A stretch of 64,000 bases of DNA from contig CAVSTP010000004.1 of assembly GCA_963730935.1 (NCBI GenBank), positions 896,001-960,000 of the forward strand, given 5' to 3'. Origin of the DNA: an uncultured Nitrospiraceae bacterium. Its GTDB lineage: Bacteria; Nitrospirota; Nitrospiria; Nitrospirales; Nitrospiraceae. The position numbers and the translations under genes were made by a program. The notes beneath the pieces are model-generated. The model ran no database searches and was not told where the DNA came from. It saw nothing but the letters and a program-made list of their open reading frames with translations. Shown in pieces: positions 1 through 9,537 of the stretch; the first letter of the stretch is position 1; each line of letters starts with the position of its first letter.

Positions 1-270
1 GATAACGCACTCATGGTCGACATGATTCTCTGTGATATGCAGATGCCCAAGATAGACGGCGTGGGGGCCATCTCCTATTTTCTCCAGCAATTTCCTTCGG
101 TCCCTGTCGTCGTCATGACAGGTCATCCGGATGTCAATGCCGCCACCAAGCTCATGAAGCAGGGCGTCAAGGACTATCTGGTAAAACCGATCGAGAAGGA
201 AAAGCTGATTGCTGTCGTTGAAGACACGGTTAAGCAGCACGTGCTGTTCAAGGACAAATTCCACGCATAA
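1..270 (+). CDS. Response regulator receiver domain protein (5'-truncated by window edge)
   Basis: Frame open from base 1; motifs ILCDMQMP, VVVMTG, YLVKP typical of CheY-like receivers. Confidence 0.9.
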   Translation, partial: DNALMVDMILCDMQMPKIDGVGAISYFLQQFPSVPVVVMTGHPDVNAATKLMKQGVKDYLVKPIEKEKLIAVVEDTVKQHVLFKDKFHA

Positions 271-311
271 TTTCCGCAGATTTTCACAAAGGCCGCCAAA
301 AGGATGCAAGG

Positions 312-1643
312 ATGCGTCCTAAGGAGAAACTGCCTTCGGAGCACGCTGTGCTTCAAGACAAGCGTCGCGCTCCGCGACGAACGGTGGATCTTCGTGTCAC
401 TAACGGGAGTCGAGAATTAGAGACGACTCTCCTCATTTCTCAAGCGCTTTCACGACACAACACGCTCGAAGAACTGATTGTGCAGATACTGGACACCGCG
501 TTGAAGTCGGTGAACGCTGAAGGTGGGTCTATTCTCATCGCGGATGCGTCATCTCAACAACTTATCAATTATCGCTCCGTCGGTGAGAAGCCAGTCCCGC
601 CTGGATCGGCGGTTCCGTGGAATTACGGGATTGCCGGTGCTGTGTTCAAATCGGCCCAGCATGCCATCATCGTGGATGCCGAGAAAGATCCCTCTCTGCC
701 AGAGAGGATTGATAAGTCCACAGGGTCCGTGATCAGGAATTTGGTTATTGTGCCGCTGAAGCGGTGGCAAGGCGAGCCGATCGGGGTCATTGAAATTCTC
801 AATAAGCGCGATCGTGCCATCGATGAAGATGACGTCGCTGTCCTGACCATGATTTCTTCCCTCGCCACTCCCGCGATCGAGGAGGCGAGGTTATTTGAAG
901 CCAAAAAACTTGCCGAGGTCGCACAGATGGCCGGTGACATGAGCCATGATATCAAGAATTTGCTCATGCCGGTCCTGTGCGGTGCTGAGTTACTCAAGGA
1001 GGAACTCGATGAGTTGTACGGGAAGTGGTCCATTCGGAAAACACCTGAGTCGGAGAAGAGCCGCGCCATGTGCCACGAGGTCCTCACGATGGTTGAAGAG
1101 GATGTCCGAAGAATCTCGGATCGGGTTCGAGAACTCGCGGACTGCGTGAAAGGGATGACCTCACCGCCTAGATTTGCGTCGTGTCAGCTTGCCGGCGTGA
1201 TCGAGGCGGTTTTCAAAACGCTGGATCTGATGGCCAAAAAAAAAGGAGTCTCACTCAGAAGCGTAGGCCTGGATGGCTTGCCTGCCTTGGAGGCAGACGA
1301 GCAACGGCTGTATAACGGCTTCTACAACTTGGTCAACAATGCCATATCCGAGGTACCATCAGGCGGCTCTGTCACGATTCTCGGAAAGGTCGCGAAGACG
1401 GCTCATGTGCTCGACATAGCCGTGACCGATACAGGGCGTGGCATGCCTCCAGAAATTCGTGACAGCCTCTTCACCGCTCGTGCCATCAGCAGAAAATCCG
1501 GCGGTACAGGACTCGGGACCAAAATCGTGAAAGATGTGGTCGATGCCCATAAAGGCCACATCAACGTCGAGAGCACTGTCGGCGTAGGTACAACTTTCCG
1601 TCTGATCTTGCCGCTCAAGCAGATTAAGACCGGACAATCCTAG
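312..1643 (+). CDS. GAF-domain sensor histidine kinase
   Basis: GAF (VPLKRWQGEPIGVIEILNK); H-box SHDIKN; N-box NLVNNA; G1 DTGRG; G2 GGTGLG. Confidence 0.92.
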   Translation: MRPKEKLPSEHAVLQDKRRAPRRTVDLRVTNGSRELETTLLISQALSRHNTLEELIVQILDTALKSVNAEGGSILIADASSQQLINYRSVGEKPVPPGSAVPWNYGIAGAVFKSAQHAIIVDAEKDPSLPERIDKSTGSVIRNLVIVPLKRWQGEPIGVIEILNKRDRAIDEDDVAVLTMISSLATPAIEEARLFEAKKLAEVAQMAGDMSHDIKNLLMPVLCGAELLKEELDELYGKWSIRKTPESEKSRAMCHEVLTMVEEDVRRISDRVRELADCVKGMTSPPRFASCQLAGVIEAVFKTLDLMAKKKGVSLRSVGLDGLPALEADEQRLYNGFYNLVNNAISEVPSGGSVTILGKVAKTAHVLDIAVTDTGRGMPPEIRDSLFTARAISRKSGGTGLGTKIVKDVVDAHKGHINVESTVGVGTTFRLILPLKQIKTGQS

Positions 1644-1763
1644 CAAGGCAGCATATTCTTCCTCCGTTATCCTCTCATCTCCTCTGAGCCTTTCAGGCTC
1701 CCGTCTCGTCAGAAACTCCCTCAATCGATCACTCTGGAGAACGCCAAAGTGGGAACGTCCTGG

Positions 1764-1797
1764 CATAGACCCGTGCGTCTCAAACACGTAGAATGCG
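1764..1797 (+). promoter_or_regulatory. Sigma70-like promoter, repeated module copy 1
   Basis: TAGACC (1766-1771), 17-bp spacer, TAGAAT (1789-1794), GCG. Confidence 0.65.
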
Positions 1798-1825
1798 TCG
1801 GTTCCTTGGCAGACGAGGACCCTCC

Positions 1826-1873
1826 ATGCTGGAACTGGGACCGACCTGCGAACACTGCAACAAGGCGTTGCCG
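1826..1873 (+). pseudogene. 5' remnant of a DUF1272-like small Cys-rich protein gene
   Basis: MLELGPTCEHCNKALP resembles the DUF1272 N-terminus (MLELRPxCExCxxxLP); the rest of the domain is absent. Confidence 0.65.
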
Positions 1874-1945
1874 AGCCTGAAAGGCGGTAGCAAACCGCCA
1901 GGCTATTCGGAATACCAGGAGAGGCAAGATTGTGAGGCAGCACAT

Positions 1946-2212
1946 ATGACACATTTCAGAATGAGTCTGACAATGGGGATTGTGCTTATGCTCACGCTTG
2001 GGGCCTGCGAGCGGCAAGGTCCACCACCCAAACCGATCGGCGCTGCCACCAACAAACATGTGGAAGAAACTCCCGCTCCCCCATCGCGCTCGGATGCAGA
2101 CACGATGATTCAGAAGATGCAGACGCCGATGGAGGATGCTCGGCAAACGGAAGATCTCCTCAAAGGGGCAGCGGACCGCACCCGCCAGCAGTCGGAACAG
2201 ACTCCCCCGTAG
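1946..2212 (+). CDS. Small lipoprotein, hypothetical
   Basis: Signal peptide with lipobox LGAC; low-complexity mature part. Confidence 0.7.
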   Translation: MTHFRMSLTMGIVLMLTLGACERQGPPPKPIGAATNKHVEETPAPPSRSDADTMIQKMQTPMEDARQTEDLLKGAADRTRQQSEQTPP

Positions 2213-2647
2213 CATTCAGAATTCGGCCACTCCCAAACCAGAAACAGTGCGTATCTCCGGAGCAGGAAACCGGCACCACACTGAAGCAATAATCGGAGTT
2301 TAGTCTGCCGCGCAGAGCTATCGCTGTACGGCTAGGGAAGAGTAGGAGACCTTGTCGCCCTCCTGCTTTGGGAGGAGGACGTCAGCTGACCAAATGACGA
2401 CAGGCTATTTTCCAATTACTCCCTGGCATTACCACCACTCACACCTTTTTCTTCGGATGATTGCCTATCCGTTCGCCCTGCGAGCCGCCAATCTCACACG
2501 GAACAGGTAAAGTTAGGACCCCGCTTTACGCCGCGAGTGATCAAGAAGTGCCGTTGATCATTCATTCACTAGGGGTCTCACGAGATGTCACAGTCTCAGG
2601 CAGACTGTACATTCCCCGCCCAGACTGCATCATATTGTGAGGTCTTC

Positions 2648-3235
2648 ATGAAGAGTAGCCAGTTGCTGATCGCGATTGTTTTCCTGGGTGGGGCACTGAC
2701 CGGATGTGCGAGCGAGATCGCTAAGCCCGTGGGCCTAGATGTGGCGCTACGAGGAGTAGAGGACGATATGAAGGCTGCGTCCGCTGTGAGCTTACATGAT
2801 GTGCTCAGCCGAGATGCCATCCAGGAGGACGAGTTCAAGAGGGCCATTCTTCAGGCGCAGTGTTTCTACCGGAGGCCAAACCCACTTGTCCCTGTCATGA
2901 TTAAAGATCTTACCTTGACGCTTCAAGGGACATTCACAGGACAAGGAAAGTTTGTTGTGTTTGGTGTTGCGGTTCCATCAGGAGGTATCGAGATCAGCAC
3001 CGCGAAAGCCTTCCAACAGACGGTGACCCTCCCAGTCAATTTTACTTCTATTTCATCCCTGCCTGATGTGTATCTTCAACAAAAAGCGGGTTACGTAAAG
3101 GACTTGCCTGAGTCAGAAAAAGTCAAATACCTCGAAGGAGTGTTCAAGGATCGCGATATCCTCCGTAACACCATCAAAGAGCTCATCGCGAACTATTCAG
3201 AGCAGCGGTGTCCGCAAGTGTCCATGAACAAGTGA
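2648..3235 (+). CDS. Hypothetical lipoprotein (possible Trypco2-like domain)
   Basis: Lipobox LTGC; ORF of 195 aa from the likely ATG. Confidence 0.7.
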   Translation: MKSSQLLIAIVFLGGALTGCASEIAKPVGLDVALRGVEDDMKAASAVSLHDVLSRDAIQEDEFKRAILQAQCFYRRPNPLVPVMIKDLTLTLQGTFTGQGKFVVFGVAVPSGGIEISTAKAFQQTVTLPVNFTSISSLPDVYLQQKAGYVKDLPESEKVKYLEGVFKDRDILRNTIKELIANYSEQRCPQVSMNK

Positions 3236-3278
3236 GCGCCGCCGTTTTATCCCTTGGCATCTCGAGGTGCAGCAACCT

Positions 3279-3312
3279 CATAGACCCGCCAACTTCGAAC
3301 ACGTAGAATGCG
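3279..3312 (+). promoter_or_regulatory. Sigma70-like promoter, repeated module copy 2
   Basis: TAGACC (3281-3286), 17 bp, TAGAAT (3304-3309), GCG. Confidence 0.65.
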
Positions 3313-3339
3313 ACTCTTTCTCGTTCATCGAGCGCATCC

Positions 3340-4296
3340 ATGCTTGTCCACGTGAATGGTGAACAAGGGCGGGAGATACTCGGCGCCATGCGTCGGGTCG
3401 CGACGGCTGGCAACAAGACCTCTCTTACCGACAGAGCCCACCGTGCCATCGCTTCCGCATCTCACGTGGTGTTCCACGAATCAGACTTCCCAGTAGAGTA
3501 CTGCCCGACACTCATTCCTCGCGATCTGGCAACCGTCCTATCCAATGAGCTTCAAGCCATGTGGGCGGTTCGGTTCTTGGCTGTGATGGCGCTCGCGGAT
3601 GGGGTCCTCGACAGGGAAAAGACTGCGCGTGTTCTGGAATATGCGAAAGTGCTCGATGTTCGCGAGGCGTATCTCAGGCAATTGTCCGAAGCAGCGAACG
3701 GCAATCTCACATGGGCGCTTGCTGACATGACGCGGCAAAACATCAAGAGTCTTTGGGATCAGCCGTGGCGTGAGGACGAAGATGTCATGGCGCTCTTTCT
3801 TCCCTACTCCGGCGATCAGGCCGATTCCGCCCTGGCTGCCAAGCACGAAGCCCTGGGTTCATTGCCGAAGGGTACGCTCGGCCGCGGCTATTGGGAAATC
3901 TATAAATCAAATGGGTATGCTTTCCCCGGAGATTCAAGGGGTGTCAACGCCGCCTTCGCACGTCCGCACGATTCGACTCACGTCATCAGTGGATACGACA
4001 CGACGCCTCATGGAGAGATTCTTGTTTCCACTTTTACGGCGGGTATGCATCCGAAGCTGCCGATGGAAGGGCACATTCTGCCGGTGATCTTCAGCTGGCA
4101 TTTGGGGATTGAAATCAACAAGCTAGCCGGTTCGTTCCAGGGTGCCCTGAACCCTGAAGCGTTTTGGATCGCGTGGGTTCGGGGCTCCCAGATGACGGTC
4201 GACTTATTTTCGCCCGAGTGGAACTTTTGGGCCCATGTCCAAGCGCCTGTCGACGTACTTCGACAGCGCTATCATGCGACACGCCCTGAATATTAA
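3340..4296 (+). CDS. TerB-like N-terminus plus Coq4-like metal-binding domain protein
   Basis: MALADGVLDREK (TerB-like); LPKGTLG and HDSTHVISGYDTTPHGE (Coq4-type HDxxH...GE motif). Confidence 0.65.
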   Translation: MLVHVNGEQGREILGAMRRVATAGNKTSLTDRAHRAIASASHVVFHESDFPVEYCPTLIPRDLATVLSNELQAMWAVRFLAVMALADGVLDREKTARVLEYAKVLDVREAYLRQLSEAANGNLTWALADMTRQNIKSLWDQPWREDEDVMALFLPYSGDQADSALAAKHEALGSLPKGTLGRGYWEIYKSNGYAFPGDSRGVNAAFARPHDSTHVISGYDTTPHGEILVSTFTAGMHPKLPMEGHILPVIFSWHLGIEINKLAGSFQGALNPEAFWIAWVRGSQMTVDLFSPEWNFWAHVQAPVDVLRQRYHATRPEY

Positions 4297-4349
4297 TTAG
4301 AGCCTCGGGCGGGGGAGGCGAATCAGAGTGAATGGCTGAACGGCTACTT

Positions 4350-4545
4350 TCACGGCGCTTTTGATGGCATCGACGGGATCAACCTGGTGATTCGTCGCAT
4401 AGGCAGCGGAGGAGCGTCAAATCCGTATTTCTCCAGGAGTCTTAAGATGCGGGGCGTCATCAGGAAATCGGAAAGCTGTTTCTGCCACAGGGCGTAACGA
4501 GGCTCGACAGGTCGACACGACTGCTTGCGAAAACTGAATCGGGAT
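4350..4545 (-). pseudogene. Degenerate 3' fragment of a modA-like paralog
   Basis: SDFLMTPRILRLLEKYGFDAPPLP versus SDFLMTPRIQKLLAKYGFDSTPLP in 21019-21858; DNA similarity continues across a frameshift. Confidence 0.8.
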
Positions 4546-4806
4546 GTCTCTTGCAAGCGGAATTTCATCACTCATGAATACGCCGATCAAGGGTTAAGCA
4601 CACGAAAAATTCACAAGCGCAGTGGAGCAAGAGACGGGCTGGATTTTCTCGATGCACCGGACTGGGAAGATCCCTGGAGCGAATATCACTTTCTTGTGCA
4701 CGGCGGCAACGACTGTTACAGTGGGCTCAAGGATCCTTCTGGAGCATGTGCGCGGAAGCTTCCATACTGATCCACTCCACCGCAACCATGGAAAGGAACG
4801 CTGGCG

Positions 4807-5232
4807 ATGAACAAGACCGTCTCAAATGGAAAAGTCATTTCCTTGGAGTACACGCTCAAGCTGGAAGACGGCGAAGTCGTGGACACAAATGTCGGTGGAA
4901 ATCCCCTGACCTATACTCAAGGCAACAATCAGATTATCCGCGGCGTCGAGTCAGCGGTTGAGGGGATGGAAGTCGGACAAGCCAAACAGGCCGTCGTGCC
5001 TCCTACGGAAGGCTACGGAGATCCAGACCCTGGCGCGTTCCACGAAGTGCCAAAAGAGAACCTTCCTCAAGAAATTCAAGTGGGCACTCAACTCCATGGG
5101 AAAGACGCCAGCGGCCGCGAGATCCGACCAATTGTGTCAGCCATCAAGGACGACACCGTCCTTTTGGATTTCAACCATCCCCTTGCCGGCAAGACACTGT
5201 ACTTCGACTTGAAGGTAGTGAACATCAGTTAA
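4807..5232 (+). CDS. slyD: FKBP-type peptidyl-prolyl isomerase, SlyD-like, no His-rich tail
   Basis: Motif LDFNHPLAGKTLYF; EGYG. Confidence 0.9.
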   Translation: MNKTVSNGKVISLEYTLKLEDGEVVDTNVGGNPLTYTQGNNQIIRGVESAVEGMEVGQAKQAVVPPTEGYGDPDPGAFHEVPKENLPQEIQVGTQLHGKDASGREIRPIVSAIKDDTVLLDFNHPLAGKTLYFDLKVVNIS

Positions 5233-5247
5233 CTACTCCCTCGTCGC

Positions 5248-5295
5248 TCTTGTCTATCCGGCGCAGCCAGGTTGCGTCATGCTGGATAGACAAGA
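5248..5295 (+). terminator. Stem-loop downstream of slyD
   Basis: TCTTGTCTATCCGGC ... GCTGGATAGACAAGA inverted repeat with 15-bp arms; no clear U-tract. Confidence 0.55.
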
Positions 5296-5581
5296 CACTG
5301 GCGGTGGCGTTCCGCCAAAGGACCGCTCCATCAGTACGCAGCCCTCCCCACATCTGTAAGACAAAGGAAGGGACTAATTTTTAGGCTGGCCTGCGGGTCG
5401 CCCGCACGTCTCGCATCCCCGAATTTGTAGGACTTTTCTGTAGGCAAACACTTCTGTGCTCGATTCAATTTGTATGGTTTAGCCCTGGCCGTGAGCGGAA
5501 TTGTTCGGAATTGGCTGCGCGGCTTCGGGTGGCCAGTCACGTAAACCAAGGAACAATGGTCGATAGAAAAATCGCTGGCTT

Positions 5582-5597
5582 CGGTATGCACTTTGCT
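5582..5597 (+). promoter_or_regulatory. Putative sigma54 (-24/-12) promoter
   Basis: CGGTATGCACTTTGCT: GG-N10-GC spacing, upstream of the PilZ gene. Confidence 0.5.
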
Positions 5598-5644
5598 CGT
5601 CGTTAGCAGGCAGGTGACTTGGCCTCTTTCCAAGAAGGTGACCA

Positions 5645-5935
5645 ATGAGACCTCTTACTGCTGATCTATGTGAGAAACGATGGATTCCCCGACACCAGAT
5701 GATTGTCCCAATTCATTGCCATCTGTCCCGAAACGATGAATCCGGCTCCGGATGGGTGAGAGACTTTTCGAGCATTGGCGCCAGTGTGATCAGCAACCTC
5801 CCACTGACGGCTGGTGATGAATTGACACTCACGTTGCCTAACGATGGCCGCCCTGAAATGACCATTGCCGCCACGGTCCGGTGGAATCACGGTCGGCTTC
5901 TTGGGGTTGAATTTAAGCACACGCCGAGGAACTAG
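5645..5935 (+). CDS. Stand-alone PilZ domain protein
   Basis: RxxxR (KRWIPR), DFSSIG, VRW...GVEF. Confidence 0.85.
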   Translation: MRPLTADLCEKRWIPRHQMIVPIHCHLSRNDESGSGWVRDFSSIGASVISNLPLTAGDELTLTLPNDGRPEMTIAATVRWNHGRLLGVEFKHTPRN

Positions 5936-6110
5936 CCGTCCGCAGGCACAGACCCGCGGTACTTCCGAAAATTCCCACCTTGTAGGCGATCGCTGATAGA
6001 CCGCACCTTACAAGCTTTCACGTGATAAGCTTCAGCAAATAACGTACAACGACTTCGCGGCGCCGGGCGGGCGGATTTCCTGACTCTCTTGTAGTAAGCT
6101 TCCAACTCTC

Positions 6111-6702
6111 ATGTCAGAACAGCTCACGGCAAAACGGATCATTGAACTGCTCGGCTTGAAGCCGCATCCAACATGCGGCTTCGTCGCGGAAACCTACCGA
6201 GCGCAGGAACGCGTCCCCGACGAAGCCTTGCCCACTGCGTATGCCGGGAGCCGGCCGTTTGCATCGGTACTCTATTCATGGTGAGCGCCGACGCGCAGAT
6301 CCGTCTACACCGCATACGGTCTGACCAGATGTATCACCATTATATGGGTGAGCCGCTGGAAGTCCTTCACCTGTCCCGGACGGGACAGGTGAGATCACAA
6401 TCATCGGTCCTGATTTGGCTGCCGGCATGCGCCCGCAATTGCTGATTCCCGGCGGAACGTTTCACACGTCGCGCTTGCGGAACATCAGCGCACCGACGGG
6501 ATTCGCATTGCTTGGCACCACCGAGTGGCCGGGGCTCGAATCACCCGATCTCGAACTGGCGGACCCAACGAAGCTGATCGCGGCCTGCCCTACCCTCCGC
6601 CGCGAGATCGAAGAATTCACCAGGACTCAGGGCGCGGATAGTGTCCAAGCAGCCGGCGGAAGACTATCTATGAGCCGGCCAGAAGATATGAAGAATCAGT
6701 GA
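6111..6702 (+). pseudogene. Cupin_5 (DUF985-like) gene with two frameshifts
   Basis: MSEQLTAKRIIELLGLKPHPTCGFVAETY, then LHRIRSDQMYHHYMGEPL, then RPQLLIPGGTF, spread over three frames; shifts near 6275 and 6375. Confidence 0.8.
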
Positions 6703-6708
6703 GGCGGA

Positions 6709-6993
6709 TTACGCTACCCGAACGCGGATCAACCCACCCGTGATCGCCGTCTTAAGTAGCTGCGCCGTGTTTGAGACTCGCATTTTTTTCATCATATTCG
6801 CGCGGTGAGCCTCCACGGTCTTGACGCTGATCTTCAGCCGTTGCCCAACCTCTTTATTCTTGAAACCGGCCCAAATTAGTTCGAGAATTTCCTGCTCCCT
6901 CGACGTCAATGACTCTGGTCGTTTGGCCCTAGGCGGCGGTTGGATGTCAGCGGGCACCATACGGTGGATGGGCTTTTGTCTTCGTCGTAGCAT
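6709..6993 (-). CDS. Stand-alone LuxR/NarL-type HTH regulator
   Basis: LTSREQEILELIWAGFKNKEVGQRLKISVKTVEAHRANMMKK; no receiver domain. Confidence 0.9.
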   Translation of the reverse strand: MLRRRQKPIHRMVPADIQPPPRAKRPESLTSREQEILELIWAGFKNKEVGQRLKISVKTVEAHRANMMKKMRVSNTAQLLKTAITGGLIRVRVA

Positions 6994-7077
6994 GCTTACT
7001 CCCTTTCTATCAGTTCGCAGAAGTTTCCGTACGAGCTAGAGTCTAGGAGTTTAATCACCCGCTTCGCCTCAATATAC

Positions 7078-7091
7078 TAGGTATCTCCCTA
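7078..7091. promoter_or_regulatory. TAGG-N6-CCTA palindrome between divergent luxR-like and pilZ genes
   Basis: TAGGtatctcCCTA. Confidence 0.5.
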
Positions 7092-7273
7092 AGCATCTCT
7101 TTCGACCCAGTCTGAAGTTGTCCTACAGCGGCTCTCGAGAACTTGTCTAGAAGTTGCCTCGCAAATCTGCTTAAACACTACATTATTTCATCTAGGTAGG
7201 CTCTTGCTGCCCGTCTACAACTAGAGCTACAATTGGGGCCTCCAAGGAAGGGCCTCCAAGGGGAGGCAGGCCA

Positions 7274-7666
7274 ATGCGCTACAGTCGATTCACCAGGCGC
7301 ACCGACGTTACTGGAGAGGCTTCTGTCAGGCTGCTGTTGACGGAGGACTCCGACGACGGCACCTTGCTTGATCTTTCTCGTCAAGGGGCTCGGCTCCGTA
7401 TCAATCGTTTATTTGAGCCGGGCCAGAAACTCGCTCTAATACTGAATCTTCCCTGGGACGAACCGCCCGTGGAAGTGCGTCTTGCCGCCGTCAAGTGGAT
7501 GAAGGACAACAACGTCGGCGTTGAGTTTCTCAAGCTTGGAGACGACGATCGCGTTTCGCTCGATGTGTTTCTCTCCTCTCGCTCGACGCTACAAGAGAAT
7601 CACGCTTTATCTCGTACGTCCACTCCTGCTCGACCTCAACATAGACCTTCGGCCCCCCAACCATGA
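7274..7666 (+). CDS. Stand-alone PilZ domain protein
   Basis: RFTRR, DLSRQG, VKW...GVEF; RBS GGAGG. Confidence 0.85.
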   Translation: MRYSRFTRRTDVTGEASVRLLLTEDSDDGTLLDLSRQGARLRINRLFEPGQKLALILNLPWDEPPVEVRLAAVKWMKDNNVGVEFLKLGDDDRVSLDVFLSSRSTLQENHALSRTSTPARPQHRPSAPQP

Positions 7667-7699
7667 CCATTCCCAAACGACAGCCTGTCTCCAGAAATT

Positions 7700-8158
7700 C
7701 TAATTCCAATTATCGATTTTGACATCATCGGGAGAAGGTTTACCTTTCCCGCTCTCAGCGAGTTCTCTGAGACTCAACATGAACGTTGCCCATTTCATGC
7801 TGCAATGAGAAGTGAACTCGTTTACCTCGCGCCAGTGGTTATGGGCGAAGAGGACGATGGCGTAATCCCCGTCCTGGTGAAGGGTAAACTCAACATCTGT
7901 TCCCACCCATTCCTCTGGACCCGCTTGAACGCGCCAATGCACTGTCTTGTTTGGATCTAAGGCCATGACCTCCATCTTCATGCACCCGATTTCTTTCCCA
8001 TCCGTTGAATGGAAACGAACCTCAATCGTTCCACCAACCCTGGATGAACCAGAAGTATGCTTTGTCCACCAACCGGCGACGCCCTCGATCGTCGATAGCG
8101 CTGCGTAAACCTTGGAAACTGGTGCCTTGATCCCAACTCTGTGATTGATATCTGCCAT
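7700..8158 (-). CDS. SRPBCC/AHSA1-like domain protein
   Basis: MADINHRVGIKAPVSKVYAAL...GWW...WATFMLSLRELAESGKG; RBS GGAGG. Confidence 0.85.
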   Translation of the reverse strand: MADINHRVGIKAPVSKVYAALSTIEGVAGWWTKHTSGSSRVGGTIEVRFHSTDGKEIGCMKMEVMALDPNKTVHWRVQAGPEEWVGTDVEFTLHQDGDYAIVLFAHNHWREVNEFTSHCSMKWATFMLSLRELAESGKGKPSPDDVKIDNWN

Positions 8159-8296
8159 CTTCCCCTCCTTTGCGTGTGTTTCATGTAGACGCCCATTAGC
8201 TAGTCGCTTAAGGGCGGCAAAATCGACAATCACTAGGCACCACCCGACGTATGCCTCTAGTGCACCACTCTGTGGCCTAGGCCTCACTTCTCACCG

Positions 8297-8325
8297 TAGA
8301 ACTTTCTTCGTCTAAACCGTAGAAT
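8297..8325 (+). promoter_or_regulatory. Variant of the repeated sigma70-like promoter
   Basis: TAGAAC, 17 bp, TAGAAT; ATG only 9 nt downstream. Confidence 0.5.
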
Positions 8326-8334
8326 GCCACCTCC

Positions 8335-8772
8335 ATGATTTTGCATATCGACCATGTGACCGTTGTGGTGCGGGACGTCGCCAAGGCGAAAGCCTTCTTT
8401 TCACTCCTCGGATTCGTCGAGGAGAAGTCGGTGATCATCTCTGGGCCGACATTCGCCCGATATATGGCCGTAGAAGGGATCGAAGCCGAGCATGTCACGC
8501 TGGTGTCGAAACAGGCCCCCCCTCGCTTTGAAATTCAGCTTCTCCGATACATTTGGCCGCAGCACCTCGCCGAGGCCAATGTGGAAAACCTGGCGAAGCC
8601 GGGCTACAACCACATTTGTTTTGCGGTGACCGACTTGGATGCGGAGGTGAGACGGTTGACCAGCCAGGGCGTGACCCTACGAACCGAGGTCCTGGATTTC
8701 CACGCCAGGAAGCTGGTGTTTCTCTCCGGCCCAGAGGACATTACGGTGGAATTGGCCGAGTGGCACCCTTAA
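8335..8772 (+). CDS. VOC/glyoxalase family protein
   Basis: IDHVTVVVRD; GYNHICFAV; GPEDITVEL. Confidence 0.9.
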   Translation: MILHIDHVTVVVRDVAKAKAFFSLLGFVEEKSVIISGPTFARYMAVEGIEAEHVTLVSKQAPPRFEIQLLRYIWPQHLAEANVENLAKPGYNHICFAVTDLDAEVRRLTSQGVTLRTEVLDFHARKLVFLSGPEDITVELAEWHP

Positions 8773-9265
8773 TCCTCTTCTGCCATTGATCTGCCATGAT
8801 CGCGCAGAACCATTACTGACAACGCCTCGGACTACCCCCGCGTTCAATCCCGAGCTCCCCGCAGCACGCCGAATTGTGCAAATACTTTACATTGTTTTTA
8901 CGCCTTCATTGTTTGCTTTCGTCCCACAAAGGCGTTTGAAAGGGATTTGGGTGTTTCGTCTTTGCTTGGCACTGCTCGGGGCATACGACGCCCGCGTTGA
9001 GAGTGCGTGCTCGAATGAAATTCGGAAGGCGACAAGGCGCAGTTGTCCAAAGGTGTCCACTCACTGCTGCTTAAGACCTACAGCGATTCGATCAGTGCGG
9101 GAAGGAATCGCAGACGGCTGCGTAGTAAATCATATGTAGAATAATCGTGTTTTGATTACAGCGTCGTCAGCCTTCGGTGGTATTCTAGTTGCAGTTGTGT
9201 AGTTACAGATGCGGAGGGTGCCGGACAGACAGATCAATCACTCAACGCCTGGAGAGGAGCGAACC

Positions 9266-9526
9266 ATGGCACTATGGCGACGGTTATGGAACTTTCGGCG
9301 ATGGAAAAAAGCCACCACTCCCATGCTGCTCAATGCTGACACGGGGGAACTGCTTCCGCTCTCCAGCCATACGGCGCCACCCGACGGCAAGTGGTTGCTT
9401 CGCCGTCCACTTACCCTGCCGGGGAGTCCAGTACCGCTCTTCCTCGAAGTTCGTGGCATTCCTGAGCGGAAAAAGCGCCGTGCCGTCGAACCCTCTGCCG
9501 CCTCAGCTCGAACCACGGCATCGTAG
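9266..9526 (+). CDS. Hypothetical protein
   Basis: RBS GAGGAG before ATG; 86 aa. Confidence 0.5.
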   Translation: MALWRRLWNFRRWKKATTPMLLNADTGELLPLSSHTAPPDGKWLLRRPLTLPGSPVPLFLEVRGIPERKKRRAVEPSAASARTTAS

Positions 9527-9537
9527 AAGATTAAGAG

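Noticed and set aside
8786..9139. 117-aa ORF
   Set aside because: TTG start, no RBS or motifs; probably intergenic
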